64,000 nucleotides of DNA from Macrostomum hystrix (lineage: Eukaryota > Animalia > Platyhelminthes), in assembly GCA_950097015.1 (NCBI GenBank), contig CATNEN010000038.1:34720001-34784000 (forward strand), in the 5' to 3' direction. Positions within the stretch are counted from its first letter, which is position 1. Every line of letters starts with the position of its first letter. The notes beneath the pieces were generated by a model. It had not been told where the DNA came from and did no database searches. It worked only from the letters and a program-made list of their open reading frames with translations. This document shows, piece by piece, positions 35,091-48,385 of the stretch. The position numbers were made by a program, and so were the translations under genes.

Positions 35091-38000
35091 ATGAACTTAG
35101 GCGGCGGGAGTCCGTTCTACCACTGCCGATTGTGCACTAAGGCCTATTCTTCGGAAAAGAGTCTCAACAAGCATATGCGAAAGAAGCACGGCCTTAGCAG
35201 GGATCAGCAACAGTTGAATCGGTCGCAGAACCTGAATTTTGGTAATAAAAATCAAGACCTGCCGACTCGCAGTCCGAGTAAAGCTTCGGTTAGTCAGCAA
35301 CACAAGCGACATCAAAGTGAGGAGGACATGGTCATCGTTTGTCCCGAATGTAACGGTACAATAAGAAGCAAGAAAGGTGTCGCTAAGCACTACATGTGCT
35401 TTCACAATGTAGTCTATTCTGCCTGGAAGACTGGCTGGTTTGGTCGCAATGTCCGCCTAATGGATCTGACGCCAGCTATGATTGGCGAATACTATGCCAA
35501 CGGTGGAAACCAACGCGAGTCGTTGGAGACAAGCCAGCCAGCGGCTCAGGAAGCCGCCCTAGCGACTGAAGACGACGAAGACAAAGAGACGGATGAAGCC
35601 GTTGAACCAGACGCTGTTCAGCTGGTCGAGAATGGAGGCGACAAGGTGGAAGAGAACGACTGGGCGCTGGTTTCCGATGGTCTCGACGTCAAAATGTCTG
35701 CGCCCGCTCAGGCAGTTAAGCCAACAGATGCAGCCGCTTCGGCTGGTGAAGCCAAGAGACGCCCCGCAGCAAGTATTAGGATTTCGAGACGAAGGAGATC
35801 GAAACTGAAGACTAGCTTGGCCACAACTTCGCCTTTCTTTTTCGATAAGAATGGAAAACTAGAGTTCAATAGCAATGAAGATCCACTGGACATTAACTGT
35901 CCGTTCTGCATTGTCCATAAAACCACTATAAAGGGCTTGGCTAAGCACTGCGTAAATCATCATCCTACTCAGTATGAAGACTGGAAGGAGGGGGGCTTTG
36001 GTAGCGTGCAACTACGTTACATTCGTCCCAATGCATTGAAGCTCAATAATGCTCTCAATGCCTTCAAGTCGTCATTAGAAAAGTCAGAAATGCAGAGGCA
36101 TAAGCCTCTCGTCAAATCACGGGTAGAGGAGCAGCAGCAGCTTAAGAAGCTGGAACTCAAGCCGAAGGGTCGGACAGACCAGATCCTACCAGGTTCAATT
36201 TCCGGTTTGAACCTAATCAAGCTGGTACCTTGTCCAGTTTGTCACAAGATGGTGCGGGGACACACTTTAGCCGGCCACTATGCTACTCAGCACCCAGAGG
36301 AGTTGAAAACCGACAACAATACGTCATTGTCTAGCATCGAAGCGACTGCTGCCAGTCTCAGCAGTCCCAGAAGAATTAAGCCCGATCAGATTTCGAGTGC
36401 TTTAGAGGATGAAAAGCAAGCAACTCCATGTCCGTTCTGTGGCGAACTCATCTTTTCCAAAGGCATGGGCAAGCATTGTATTTATTTTCACAACGACCAG
36501 TACCAGGAATGGAAAGCTGGAAAGTACGGCAGTGTGCCTCTAAGATTTGTTCCAAGTCAGGTTAGTTCTGACGTCATTGATGTCAGTGGCAGCGGAGCTG
36601 AAACCTTCTCAAAGCATGAGGCTGGAAAGAACAACGGCATGAGCATAGTTTTCCCCGGCCAAGAAGTGGATTTCGACGGTAGCGACTTGTCACGACCAAC
36701 GATGCCGGCCCGCGATAGCAGCATCACACTTCGACTCAAGCCCAGCCTAATTCTCAGTGATGTGCACCCGAGTAAAAGTCTAAATCAGAGCAGTCTTGAG
36801 AACGATTCTGGACAGGGAAGAATCACAGCAGAAGCTGTTGACAGAGAAGATTCTAATCAGTCGAGTTTTGATGAGGACGGTGCTCTACTGATGGACTGCG
36901 ATGATGACCAAGAAAGTGCTGACGAAGGTGAAATTTGCGATGAAGAAGCAGCCTTTACTTGTCACTACTGCGATGCTACTTTTGAGTCCTCGGATGACCT
37001 GAAAAAGCACTTTAAGCAAAAGCACGTTGAAGAGGGATCCAAGGCAGCCTTTGACGACTACCAGAAGCAGCTGGACAAGAAGAGGGACCGGCCTGCTGGT
37101 GGCCGCTGCCAATCAACGGGTCGCTTCATTTGCGACATCTGCCACACGCCGTATCCGTCCAAACGCAGCCTCAGCCAGCACTACCGGATCCACAAATTCG
37201 ACAGGCTGGCTTCTTGTGGAATCGCGACGCTACCTGCCGCCTGCAGTGGAACTTCTGCTGGAAGTACGGTCTGTACAGTACCGCAAACGCTTGACACTGA
37301 ACTGGAGAATCGGGAGCCAGGCGAAGTTCCCTCTTCAAGTCGAAATCATTCGAACAGTCTGGATCGCGCTTTGTTGCCGTCCGAATCACCAGAGGGTGAT
37401 CGTCAGCTTCGTTTATCCAATGATGTAGATGTCGTTGATACGGCAGCTTTGCCAATTAAAAAGTCAGAAGAAGCAACAGCTGATTGCCCGAAGTGCAGCA
37501 GGACGTTTCGCGACAAACTGTTCCTACTTGATCACATGCATCGATGCTTTGCGGAGCCACTATCTCGAGGTAAACTGGACGCGAAGGATTTGACTGCTCT
37601 AGCAGGGGTCGATGATGTAAATGATACCAGAAGTTCAAGTCCACCAACTGAAAAAAGTCATCGTGACTTCGAGTCACAGAAGGTGCTAAATGAAAACCAG
37701 GAAGAGGTATATAAGTGCCAGTACTGCGATAGAACGTTCAAGACCTCTTCTCACACTCGCAATCATGAGCAGTTCTGTAGCAGTGACAGCATGTCTCGAG
37801 TTTCCTACGCCTGCGAAGTGTGCGGAAAACGGTTCTACATGAAGTGTCACCTAGCGGTGCACATGAAAGTTCACAGAATATCGCTCGACGACAAAGAAGA
37901 GTTGAGCGGCGTTGCTAGCGTCGAAAATGCAGAGAAGAGGGTACAATTGTCAAACTTCGAGTGCAAAGAGTGTGGAAAGGTGTTCAGCTCAACAGCAAAC

Positions 38001-39557
38001 CTACTTAAGCACAAGGTGGTGCACACAAACTCATCCGTCACTTGCAAGGCATGCAACCGCGAGTTCAAGATGGCCTGTCATCTTGCGAGGCATTTTTGCA
38101 GCGCTGTTCAGCCTGGAAGTCCGCAGCCCGGTTGCGTGGAACAGGCCACCAACAATGAGATGATCAGCGACGGAAACTATGAATGCGACCTGTGTCATCG
38201 AACTTTTCAATATGCTGACAACCTGACTGTACACAAGCGCTTCTGCCAGCAGCACGGCTCAGACAGCTCGGCTGTTCCGGTCGCCATTCTTCTAGACGCT
38301 GACGACGAAGGCTTTGAATGTAGCATGTGCAACGAAACATTTCGTGACAAACTGGCGCTCGACATTCACACTCAAGCCTGCCGCCTGACCGACTGGAAGC
38401 CAGCGGCCGCCGTCACCGCTGCGTCGATTGTAGACGTCTCGGCAGTTGGCAGGAGCCAGTTTCAGTGTCGACGCTGTCCAGTAAAGTTCTACAGTCGAAG
38501 CGAGCTGCTTGAGCACCTGAGCGCGCATGGCTATTCAAATAGTGGTGATTCAGCCACCGGAAAACGCTCTTTGCCAACGCGGCCTCCTGCGGCCAAAAAG
38601 GCCCGCCTCGATCTGGCACCGCTCTCTAGCGCCAACAACAGCTGCCCGCTGCGGTTTCAGTGCGACTTGTGCAGCTCCCAGTTTTCATCATCGCTGGGCC
38701 TAGTGGTGCACAAATCCAAATGCCATCCAGACGTCTATGGCCCGAGTCAGAGGCGTGCCCAGCAACAGCAGCAGCAGCAGGAGAAGGAGCGACAGCAGAT
38801 GCAGATAAAGAGTCGTCTAATTGCCAAGATTCTCATGATGCCTGACCAGCAGAAAAATCATCTGACCGCTACCGGGCAGTCTCAGCCAAAGATTTCAACT
38901 AAACTGCAGCCGTCGGCAGCCTCTCAGCTAGTGATCACAAAATCGAGCACTTCATACAAGCAGCCGTGTCAGCCTCCCGTTGGTCCGCCGCTGTTGTCAC
39001 TGCCAAACCGCTGCCAGCATTGCCCCAGGGCGTTTCTCACCCTGACTAAGTTGAACGAGCACCTCACCAACGTGCACGGCGAAGTCTTCAAGGCCGACGA
39101 TGTCAAGGACGAGAAGCTCAGACTGGATGACAGCGTCTCTGTTGGCGGCCTCGTTCTGGACTATGGCGATGTCGACAACGATTACAATATTGACGGCAAT
39201 CTGAAAGTGGACTGCGGCGAGGAAAACAGCGGCTCACCAAACCAGCAGTCTCCGTACCACGAGGCGGACGCGTATCTCTGCGCCGAGTGCGATCGGACCT
39301 ACTCAAGCCTGGAGCTGCTCACTCGTCATGTGAAATCCGCCCACCTGACCGACGCCGCCGCACAGGTCGGCAAACGGATGCTGCAACCACTGGTGAGTGA
39401 GAAGGTGATTGCTCTCTGATGTCTCTGTCTAACATTTGTAGCCTCTGTATAACGCTTAATTTATACCTGCCAACTAACTCTGCAGCCCGCGCCATCCGGT
39501 GCAAAGAAGCGCAAGTCTGTTCCCATGGCAACACCGGCGGCGATGAACAAAAACTAA
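35091..39557 (+). CDS. Large multi-C2H2/C2HC zinc-finger protein, ~1457 aa
   Basis: ATG 35091 to donor GTGAGT at 39393; terminal exon 39486-39557 (PAPSGAKKRKSV...NKN*); about 20 CxxC..H..H/C fingers. Likely 5'UTR intron 34551-35075. Confidence 0.9.
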
Positions 39558-41377
39558 AGAATGGACTTTAAATGTTATAAGTAGTTTAATCATTTTGATG
39601 TCATAAATTGCATGCGCATTAAAATACTTGCATCATAAAATGTGTTTTTAAGCTGTCTAGGTTACATTGTCTTGACCACGGTCCACTTGTCACATTCTAT
39701 TTTGTAAAGTCGCGACTTTTATCGATTTACATATTAATCCTTTCAATCAATGCACCGATTTTAATAAATTTATCGATTTTATTTCATTCATCAATTATTA
39801 AATTGCTAATTTCAAAATCTATATCTATAAATCAATCAAAGCAAAATCTACAAGTAGATACCCAAAAAAGTAATAATAAACTAACTGCTTGTAATTTATC
39901 ACTAGTTAATGAAATTAATCAATATTTTGACATGACATTATTTCTTTGTTTACAAATAATATTCTGCACTTCCGATGTTATGTAAAAAGTAAACAGTTAA
40001 AATTTTATTAACTTTGCACCTAGTATTTAGTGATGAAAAATGTACCAATTTTCGTAGCAATGCTCATAGAATTTAGGTAGTCAGTTTTGCCATTATCTTG
40101 CTAAATTGTAGCCAATCAACGTAGCCCTGTGTTTGCACCTTTTCAAATAACTGGTCGAAAATAGCAATCTTACGAACTCAAAGTCTTCTCCATTTTTATT
40201 TTACCGCTGGGTGTTCTGTTCGAATTGTTTGCTATAACTCGTTGTTGCACTTTTCCCTTAATTGTTTTTTATAATCGGACTCCACTAAAAGGTTAATTGC
40301 ACAAGTGTTTTATTATTTAGATATTTAATCATGGCTCAATGTTGCTAGATAATGTTGTCAAATTATAATCATATCTTAGAAAAATCAGTTGCACATGTTA
40401 TTTCATAAATTGTTCTAGACTGTTAGCTCGTGATTTGTTTTTCATTACTTATCGTGTGTTTCGCCATGTGTTTTCGTAATCCTTCTTTTCTGTTAATTTT
40501 TTGTTGCACTAAAATAAAAAATTAAACACAGAAAACAATTCTGTACCACTGGAAAATCCCCTGTCCCGTCTTATAAGAAATTTTGATTGTCATTTAAGAG
40601 ATGACTTATGAGAATACATTACACCTGAATATGATTTGGGCCATAGACAAAAATGTCCCAATAATTTAGGGTATATATAATTCCCCATTTGCTGCCCCAT
40701 GAATTTTGGGAATTACATACGAAAATAATAATTTCTTCCTTCAACGAAGCACTGTTGATTTGCGCGAGTTCTAAGCTGCACATAAACGGTTTTAAATAAA
40801 CTCAAATGACGTTTAGTTATAGCTCAATCAAAGGCTTGGCCTTGTCAGCCCCACGAAGCAGTCTGATTACAATGTGAATACAGTTTAGCCGCATTTGTCG
40901 GCCATGCTGGCTAAAAACACAATATAAGCTCAGAAAAAATTACGAGTATAACTGGTTTGTTATAGGCTCTGGTTCTTGAAGGTACATTAACTTGACATTC
41001 AAATCAATAGATAGCTTGTCAATAAATAATCATTGCTGTGACGGTTGCCCACTTAACGATGTGTACTGGCGATGCATGTAGCTGACTGCGGTGGATCTGT
41101 AGCTACCTGACAGCTGCTGTTGCTGCTGCTGCTGCTGATAGCGTCGGCCCCACTTCATTCGCAGCCAATTAGGCGGTGCCATGGCGTGCACAGTGAACTC
41201 GCGAGAGAACGGACCCTGGTTATGCTGTTGACCCTGGGGGGCAGTCAAATGGATAATTAGCGAACATATAGCACGCCTTTTGAGCCTCTCACTTGCTAGT
41301 TGTCTATGGTAAAAAGTGTCCAACCGGCACAGAGACACTATAGTCAACTAGCAGTGAGGCTCAAATAATAAAACTAT

Positions 41378-41702
41378 ATTTGTGGGAGGGCTGCGGGCAA
41401 TGGCACATCATGTGGTGACACTAGACCCGAAGCCAGCGAGGAGACAGTTCTGCCCATTTCGCAGATTCCTGAGCACACACGTTCACACACGTGTGTACAT
41501 CTGCCCTGACTTTCTCATCGTCAGGCAGTGTACACTCTCACTGTGCCTTGGAGGTTGGCCCTCAAGGGCGTAAAGTGCGTGACAAGCCCCCAAGCCTTCT
41601 CGCCGCGGCTGCACCCAAAATGAACGTGACCTTGCCGCGGGATCGAAATTATGGACCTTGGTGCGAGAGGCAAACGCGTTAACCGCTCTGCCACCGACCC
41701 AC
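41378..41702 (-). mobile_element. SINE family A, reverse orientation
   Basis: Reverse complement of the family consensus. Confidence 0.9.
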
Positions 41703-42042
41703 TAACTCTTAAAACTTTAATTTCAAGTTTTGATTTACCAGTTAAAGTTTGAGAATCCTTCGGATATGTCAAGGGTTCGAGTCACCGCCCAGTGAAAACA
41801 ATGGAGAGATAAAGCCACGCCAACTCGTGACTAAGTCTAAGACAATTTTGAGGCAATAAATCGTGGATATACAAGTTGTAAATAAATTGCTTTAGGCCAA
41901 TGCGCAAGCCCGAGTCACTTAATCCTCGCTTTCCATATAATTATAGTCTATGGTCGATATGGTTAGTCACTCATTTGGTTTTGGCCACAGACAGGGACGT
42001 TGAAGCACGCAGAATTTGGAAGAAGATTAGAGAAGAAGATTA

Positions 42043-42392
42043 TTGGCAGAGCGGATAACGCGTTTGCCCCTCGCACCAAGGTCCCTAAGTTCGATTCCGC
42101 GGCGAGGCCACATTCATTTGGGGCGCAGCCAGGGAGAGAAGGCTTGGGGGCTTGTCGCGCAATTAACGCCCTTGAGGGCCAACCTTCAAGGCACAGTGAG
42201 ATTGTACACTGCCTGACGATGAGAAAGTCAGGGCAGATGTACACACCTGTGTTAGCGTATGCCTGCGTACTGTAGTACTGTATCTGTGTGCGTGTGTGCT
42301 CAGGAGTCTGCGAAATGGGCAGAATTGCCTCCTCGCTGGCTGCGGGTCAAGTGTCACCAAATGATGTGCCATAGCCCGCGGCCCTCCTGCGA
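42043..42392 (+). mobile_element. SINE family A, near full length
   Basis: A and B boxes plus complete body. Confidence 0.92.
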
Positions 42393-42494
42393 TAAATTTT
42401 TTTTTATATACTGGTGGTTAAAACTTAAAATTAAATAACTTTATGTCCCCTAAATAGTTACTTGTGACTGGTAGAGTCTGAAGTTAAGCAGGTG

Positions 42495-45400
42495 TTAGGG
42501 AGACAGGACGTGGTCCCCAATGCTCTCTCCAACTGTTACCTTTCTGTCAACCTGGAAGTGCCTCTGAGGATTCAGCACCCATTGTAGGTCGCTATTGGCT
42601 GTTTCATTTTCGACAGCGTCATCGCCGTGCAGCCTAGCCAATAGTTGCTGCTGCCGCCGCTGCTGCCTCGTCAGAGGCAGTTCGGCTTGTTCCGGAAATA
42701 CGACCTCGCGTCCGCCGTTGTTGACTGCCGAACGAAGGACCGGTGTTGGCCGGGTGTTGTTCTGGTTGCTGTTGCTAGCCATGCTGTACTGGGTGTGACT
42801 GCGACCAAGGAGTCTAAATAATATTATGGAAATAAACACTCAGTTGAGAGATTAATGTTCTCGTAAAAACCTATTCATGTGTCGGGTTAACGAAAAAAAC
42901 AAAATTGAACACCCGCAATACTACTGACTCTGAGCTAAGTAGGCTATGTAGCAAACTTGTCGTCTTTACCTGTTAACTTGAGGCACTCGAGCGCCGGGTA
43001 ATACAAGACGAGGCGTAGAGGATGGCGCGACTACCGCCTGACGAAAGGACGGTCCCGTGTAGATGCGGAACGACTTCGTTGGCAGGGGATACTTCCACTG
43101 GTTGAGCTGGCTCTCACCTTTCTCCCCGTGGCTGCGAAATTTACGATTGGAAAATTAAATTAAAGCGGCATCATTGATCCTGATCTGTCTAATGATTGGG
43201 ATCGGTCTAATGATTGGGATCTGTCTAGTGATTGGGATCTGTCTAATGATTGGGATCTGTCTAGTGATTGGGATCTGTCTAGTGATTGGGATCTGTCTAG
43301 TGATTGGGATCTGTCTAGTGATTGGGATCTGTCTAATAATTGGGATCTGTCTAATAATTGGGATCTGTCTAATTATTGGGGATCTGTCTAATGATTGGGA
43401 TCTGTGTAGTGATTGGGATCTGTCTAGTGATTGGGATCTGTCTAATAATTGGGATCTGTCTAATGATTGGGATCTGTCTAATAATTGGGATCTGTCTAAT
43501 AATTGGGATCTGTCTAATTATTGGGGATCTGTCTAATGATTGGGATCTGTCTAATTATTGGGATCTGTCTAGTGTTTGGGATCTGTCTAATAATTGGGAT
43601 CTGTCTAGTGATTGGGATCTGTCTAATGTTTGGGATCTGTCCTTGGGATTTGGGATCTGTCTAATAATTGGGATCTGTCTAATGATTGGGATCTGTCTAG
43701 TGATTGGGATCTGTCTAGTGATTGGGATCTGTCTAGTGATTGGGATCTGTCTAATAATTGGGATCTGTCTAATAATTGGGATCTGTCTAATGATTGGGAT
43801 CTGTCTAGTGATTGGGATCTGTCTAGTGATTGGGATCTGTCTAGTGATTGGGATCTGTCTAATGATTGGGATCTGTCTAATTATTGGGGATCTGTCTAAT
43901 GATTGGGATCTGTCTAATAATTGGGATCTGTCTAATAATTGGGATCTGTCTAATGATTGGGATCTGTCTAATAATTGGGATCTGTCTAATAATTGGGATC
44001 TGTCTAATAATTGGGATCTGTCTAATAATTGGGATCTGTCTAATAATTGGGATCTGTCTAATAATTGGGATCTGTCTAGTGATTGGGATCTGTCTAGTGA
44101 TTGGGATCTGTCTAATTATTGGGATCTGTCTAGTGTTTGGGATCTGTCTAATAATTGGGATCTGTCTAGTGATTGGGATCTGTCTAATGTTTGGGATCTG
44201 TCCTTGGGATTTGGGATCTGTCTAATAATTGGGATCTGTCTAGTGATTGGGATCTGTCTAATGATTGGGATCTGTCTAGTGATTGGGATCTGTCTAGTGA
44301 TTGGGATCTGTCTAGTGATTGGGATCTGTCTAGTGATTGGGATCTGTCTAGTGATTGGGATCTGTCTAATAATTGGGATCTGTCTAATAATTGGGATCTG
44401 TCTAATGATTGGGATCTGTCTAATGATTGGGATCTGTCTAATAATTGGGATCTGTCTAATGATTGGGATCTGTCTAATAATTGGGATCTGTCTAATAATT
44501 GGGATCTGTCTAATGATTGGGATCTGTCTAATAATTGGGATCTGTCTAATAATTGGGATCTGTCTAATAATTGGGATCTGTCTAATAATTGGGATCTGTC
44601 TAATAATTGGGATCTGTCTAATAATTGGGATCTGTCTAGTGATTGGGATCTGTCTAGTGATTGGGATCTGTCTAATGATTGGGATCTGTCTAATCATTGG
44701 GATCTGTCTAATGATTGGGATCTGTCTAATGATTGGGATCTGTCTAATGATTGGGATCTGTCTAATGATTGGGATCTGTCTAATAATTGGGATCTGTCTA
44801 ATAATTGGGATCTGTCTAATAATTGTGATCTGTCTAATGATTGGGATCTGTCTAATAATTGGGATCTGTCTAATAATTGTGATCTGTCTAATGATTGGGA
44901 TCTGTCTAATGATTGGGATCTGTCTAATAATTGTGATCTGTCTAATAATTGGGATCTGTCTAATGATTGTGATCTGTCTAGTGTTTGGGATCTGTCTAAT
45001 GTTTGGGATCTGTCTAATAATTGGGATCTGTCTAATGTTTGGGATCTGTCCTTGCGATTTGGGATCTGTCTTCTTTTCGATCCGTTTTTGTGATTTGAAT
45101 CTATATTGGAATGATAAAAAAACTAACCGGGCGACACATTTACTCACTGTTCATAGGGATTAGAGTGAGTATAGCCGTATCTGGAGTATATCCCGCCCAG
45201 ATCCTCATAGTCGGGTGTCGACGGTAGCCTCGGAAGTCGGTAAGGTGTTTCCAGGGAATCCTCAGCCCGCGGTAGCCGGAACCCCACAGGCATCTCGCCG
45301 AGCTGTGGCAGGCCCTTCGCAGTGCGCAGATCGCTGCCAAAGGTGACGTCAGAAGGTCGGGGTGTTGAAAAATTAGCCAAAACAAAGTCGCAACAAAGTA

Positions 45401-46193
45401 AACAGAATACTTGTGAAATAAGAATCAATGCAGGTCATTTAAGGTTGTACTGGAGTAAGTATTAATACTAAATAGGTTGTGACCTCGTTCTAGCAAGCAC
45501 AGGTACAGGTTGGATGGTTGTTCTAGTTAGCATTGGTACAGGTTGGATGGTTGTTCCAATCAGGATTGGTACAAGTTGGATGGTTGTTCCAAGCAGGATT
45601 GGTACAAGTTGGATGGCTGTTCTACGGGCTCGTAGTTAGCATTGGTACAGGTTGGATGGCTGGTCTAGTTCGCATTGGTACAGGTTGGATGGATGGTCTA
45701 GTTCGCATTGGTACAGGTTGGATGATTGGTCTAGTTCGCATTGGTACAGGTTGGATGGTTGGTCTAGTTCGCATTGGTACAGGTTGGATGGCTGTTCTAG
45801 TTAGCATTGGTACAGGTTGGATGGTAGTTCCAATCAGGATTGGTACAAGTTGTATGGCTGTTCTAGTTAGCATTGGTACAGGTTGGATGGTTGTTCCAAT
45901 CAGGATTGGTACAAGTTGGATGGTTGTTCCAAGCAGGATTGGTACAAGTTGGATGGCTGTTCTACGGGCTCGTAGTTAGCATTGGTACAGGTTGGATGGC
46001 TGGTCTAGTTCGCATTGGTACAGGTTGGATGGATGGTCTAGTTCGCATTGGTACAGGTTGGATGGTTGGTCTAGTTCGCATTGGTACAGGTTGGATGGTT
46101 GGTCTAGTTCGCATTGGTACAGGTTGGATGACTGTTCTAACTCGCATTGGAACAGAGAAGAAATCGAACTCACACAGGCCTCTCTGCTAGCAT
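42495..46193 (-). CDS. Uncharacterised ~223-aa protein (4 exons)
   Basis: Exons 46193-46174, 45333-45148, 43131-42970, 42798-42495; three phase-2 GT-AG introns give one open frame MLAERPVDLRTAKGLPQLGEMPVGFRLP...YEHHGEKGESQLNQWKYPLP...DHVLSP*. Confidence 0.72.
43175..45072. repeat. 18-bp satellite (TGGGATCTGTCTAATAAT)n filling intron 43132-45147
   Basis: About 100 units; source of the IGICL and WDLSN artefact ORFs. Confidence 0.97.
45500..46152. repeat. 33-bp minisatellite (ATTGGTACAGGTTGGATGGTTGGTCTAGTTCGC)n in intron 45334-46173
   Basis: Tandem units with a 340-bp higher-order duplication. Confidence 0.94.
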
Positions 46194-46609
46194 GTCGCTT
46201 ATTTCGTTCAAGGCTTTGCGGTGCGTAGGTAAAAGTATTTGGAGTGCCAAGTTAATAATTGAGACCGATTCTAACAGTTTTGTGTGCGGAATATTGCAGT
46301 GGACTGGCCTTTTTTGAAATGGAATGTGGAGACGATGAAATTGAACTGTCTACGGGCTGCAAAATGGTCTCGCGGTAGCAGATTTCAATTCTAACAGCAC
46401 TGCTTGAATGATTCTCTCTTTCCTTTCTTCCGTGGGTGCAGGAAAGGAGAGAGAGGCAGAGTGGGTTGCTTGCTGGATCTCCGAGCTGTTAGCTGAGAAA
46501 ATGGCGCGCTTGGCTAACTGGGCATGGGCCAGACTCGTTTAATTCTAAGAATTGGAGTACATACGAGCTGCCACTTATAGACTGGACTCGCTTTCTCGCT
46601 CTCTCGCCA

Positions 46610-47548
46610 ATCTCACCTGTCCCGTGTCTCATCTCACCATCGTCCCATCTCCCCAATTTCTAATCTATTCTCTGCCAAATCTCTCCCCCGTGTCTGATCT
46701 CTCCCCCTGTCTCATCATTCGCCTGTCTCATCTCCCCCTGTGTCTTATCTCTCCTCTGTGCCTCATCTCTTCTCTGTGTCTCACCTCTCCTCTATGCTAT
46801 CTCTCCTCTGTGCCTCATCTCTTCTCTGTGTCTCATCTCTTCTCTATGCTATCTCTTCTCTGTGTCTCATCTCTCCTCTATTCTATCCCTCCTCTGTGTC
46901 TCATCTCTCATCTATTCTCTCTCCTCTGTGTCTCATCTCTCATCTGTATCTCATCTCTCCTCTATGCTATCTCTCCTCTGTGTCTCATCTCTCATCTATT
47001 CTATCTCTTCTCTGTGTCTCATCTCTTCTCTATGCTATCTCTTCTCTGTGTCTCATCTCTCCTCTATTCTATCCCTCCTCTGTGTCTCATCTCTCATCTA
47101 TTCTCTCTCCACTGTGTCTCATCTCTCATCTGTATCTCATCTCTCCTCTATGCTATCTCTCCTCTGTGTCTCATCTCTCATCTATTCTATCTCTCCTCTG
47201 TGTCTCATCTCTCCTCTATTCTATCTCTCCTCTGTGTCTCATCTCTCATCCATTCTATCTATCCTCTGTGTCTCATCTCTCATCTATTCTATCTCTCCTC
47301 TGTGTCTCATCTCTCCTCTATTCTATCTATCCTCTGTGTCTCATCTCTCATCTATTCTATCTCTCCTCTGTGTCTCATCTCTCATCTATTCTTTCTCTCC
47401 TCTGTGTCTCATCTCTCCTCTATTCTATCTCTCCTCTGTGTCTCATCTCTCATCTATTCTATCTCTCCTCTGTGTCTCATCTCTCCTCTATTCTATCTCT
47501 CCTCTGTGTCTCACATTTTCCCTGTATCATTTCTCTCGTGTCTCACCT
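46610..47548. repeat. Pyrimidine-rich satellite (TCTCCTCTGTGTCTCATC-based)
   Basis: Tandem variants; reverse complement shares the GAGATGAGACAC core. Confidence 0.93.
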
Positions 47549-48219
47549 TTAAGAATCGCGTCGGAAACGCCAGCTAATGCTCAGAAGAAGCCGCTACCGT
47601 GTCTTTCGGAATCTGTTCTGTTCTCTTAACAATGACCGTTTTTTTCTCGTTTGTTGATTTCGCCAAAGCTTTTGACTTGTTCAGCTCTGTGAGAAATCAA
47701 AGGATGCCATTGTGTTGTATTTAGGCAGCAATATCCCATGCAGCCAGCTCAGCCGCGTGGCTCAGATGCAGCCACGACACCCCAGCCAAACTGTGCCCGC
47801 CATGCCTGACCGGCAAACTCCAGCTAGTCTAGCTGAGTACGCCATCGCCAGAATTCTGACTGCCCCTAAAAGAAGTGAGGATAGAAAGCACCACCTCTCA
47901 CCTGCCAGTCTCCCCTCTGAATTCCTTTACCCTTTGGATAGCCAGGTAGCTTCTCAACCTTCCAACCGTAGTCCAGGACGCTGTAAAAATAGGAGGGAGC
48001 GGAGGGAGGCGGTCGTTTTTAGTTGCCAGGGGGATCTGTTTGCCTTTCAAATGGGAATACCATTTTGGCTTATCGATTTGGCTTCTTGCAGTTTCTCAAA
48101 ACAGTTTTTGTTAGGCAACGGCTTCTGCCATTGCTAGTCTCATCTTTCCCCAGTCTCATCTCCATCTTCCATAAATAGTTTTGAAATTATTTCCAAATCA
48201 AAATATATACTATAGTTCA

Positions 48220-48385
48220 TAATAGACTAGCAATCCATTCTGTTCTTTTACCAATGGGATAGACTAGCAATCCATTCTGGCTACTAACTGATGGGATAGA
48301 CTAGCAATCCATTCTGTTCCTTTACCAATGGGATAGGCTAGCAATCCATTCTGCCTGTCACCCATTCTATAGACTAACAATCCGC
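48220..48385. repeat. ~37-bp minisatellite (ATAGACTAGCAATCCATTCTGTTCTTTTACCAATGGG)
   Basis: 4-5 copies. Confidence 0.8.

Noticed and set aside
42213-42229. Hammerhead-like order CTGACGA-TGA-GAAA-GTC in SINE family A
   Set aside because: No room for stems II or III and stem I is out of register; better explained as a simple CTGAC/GTCAG hairpin.
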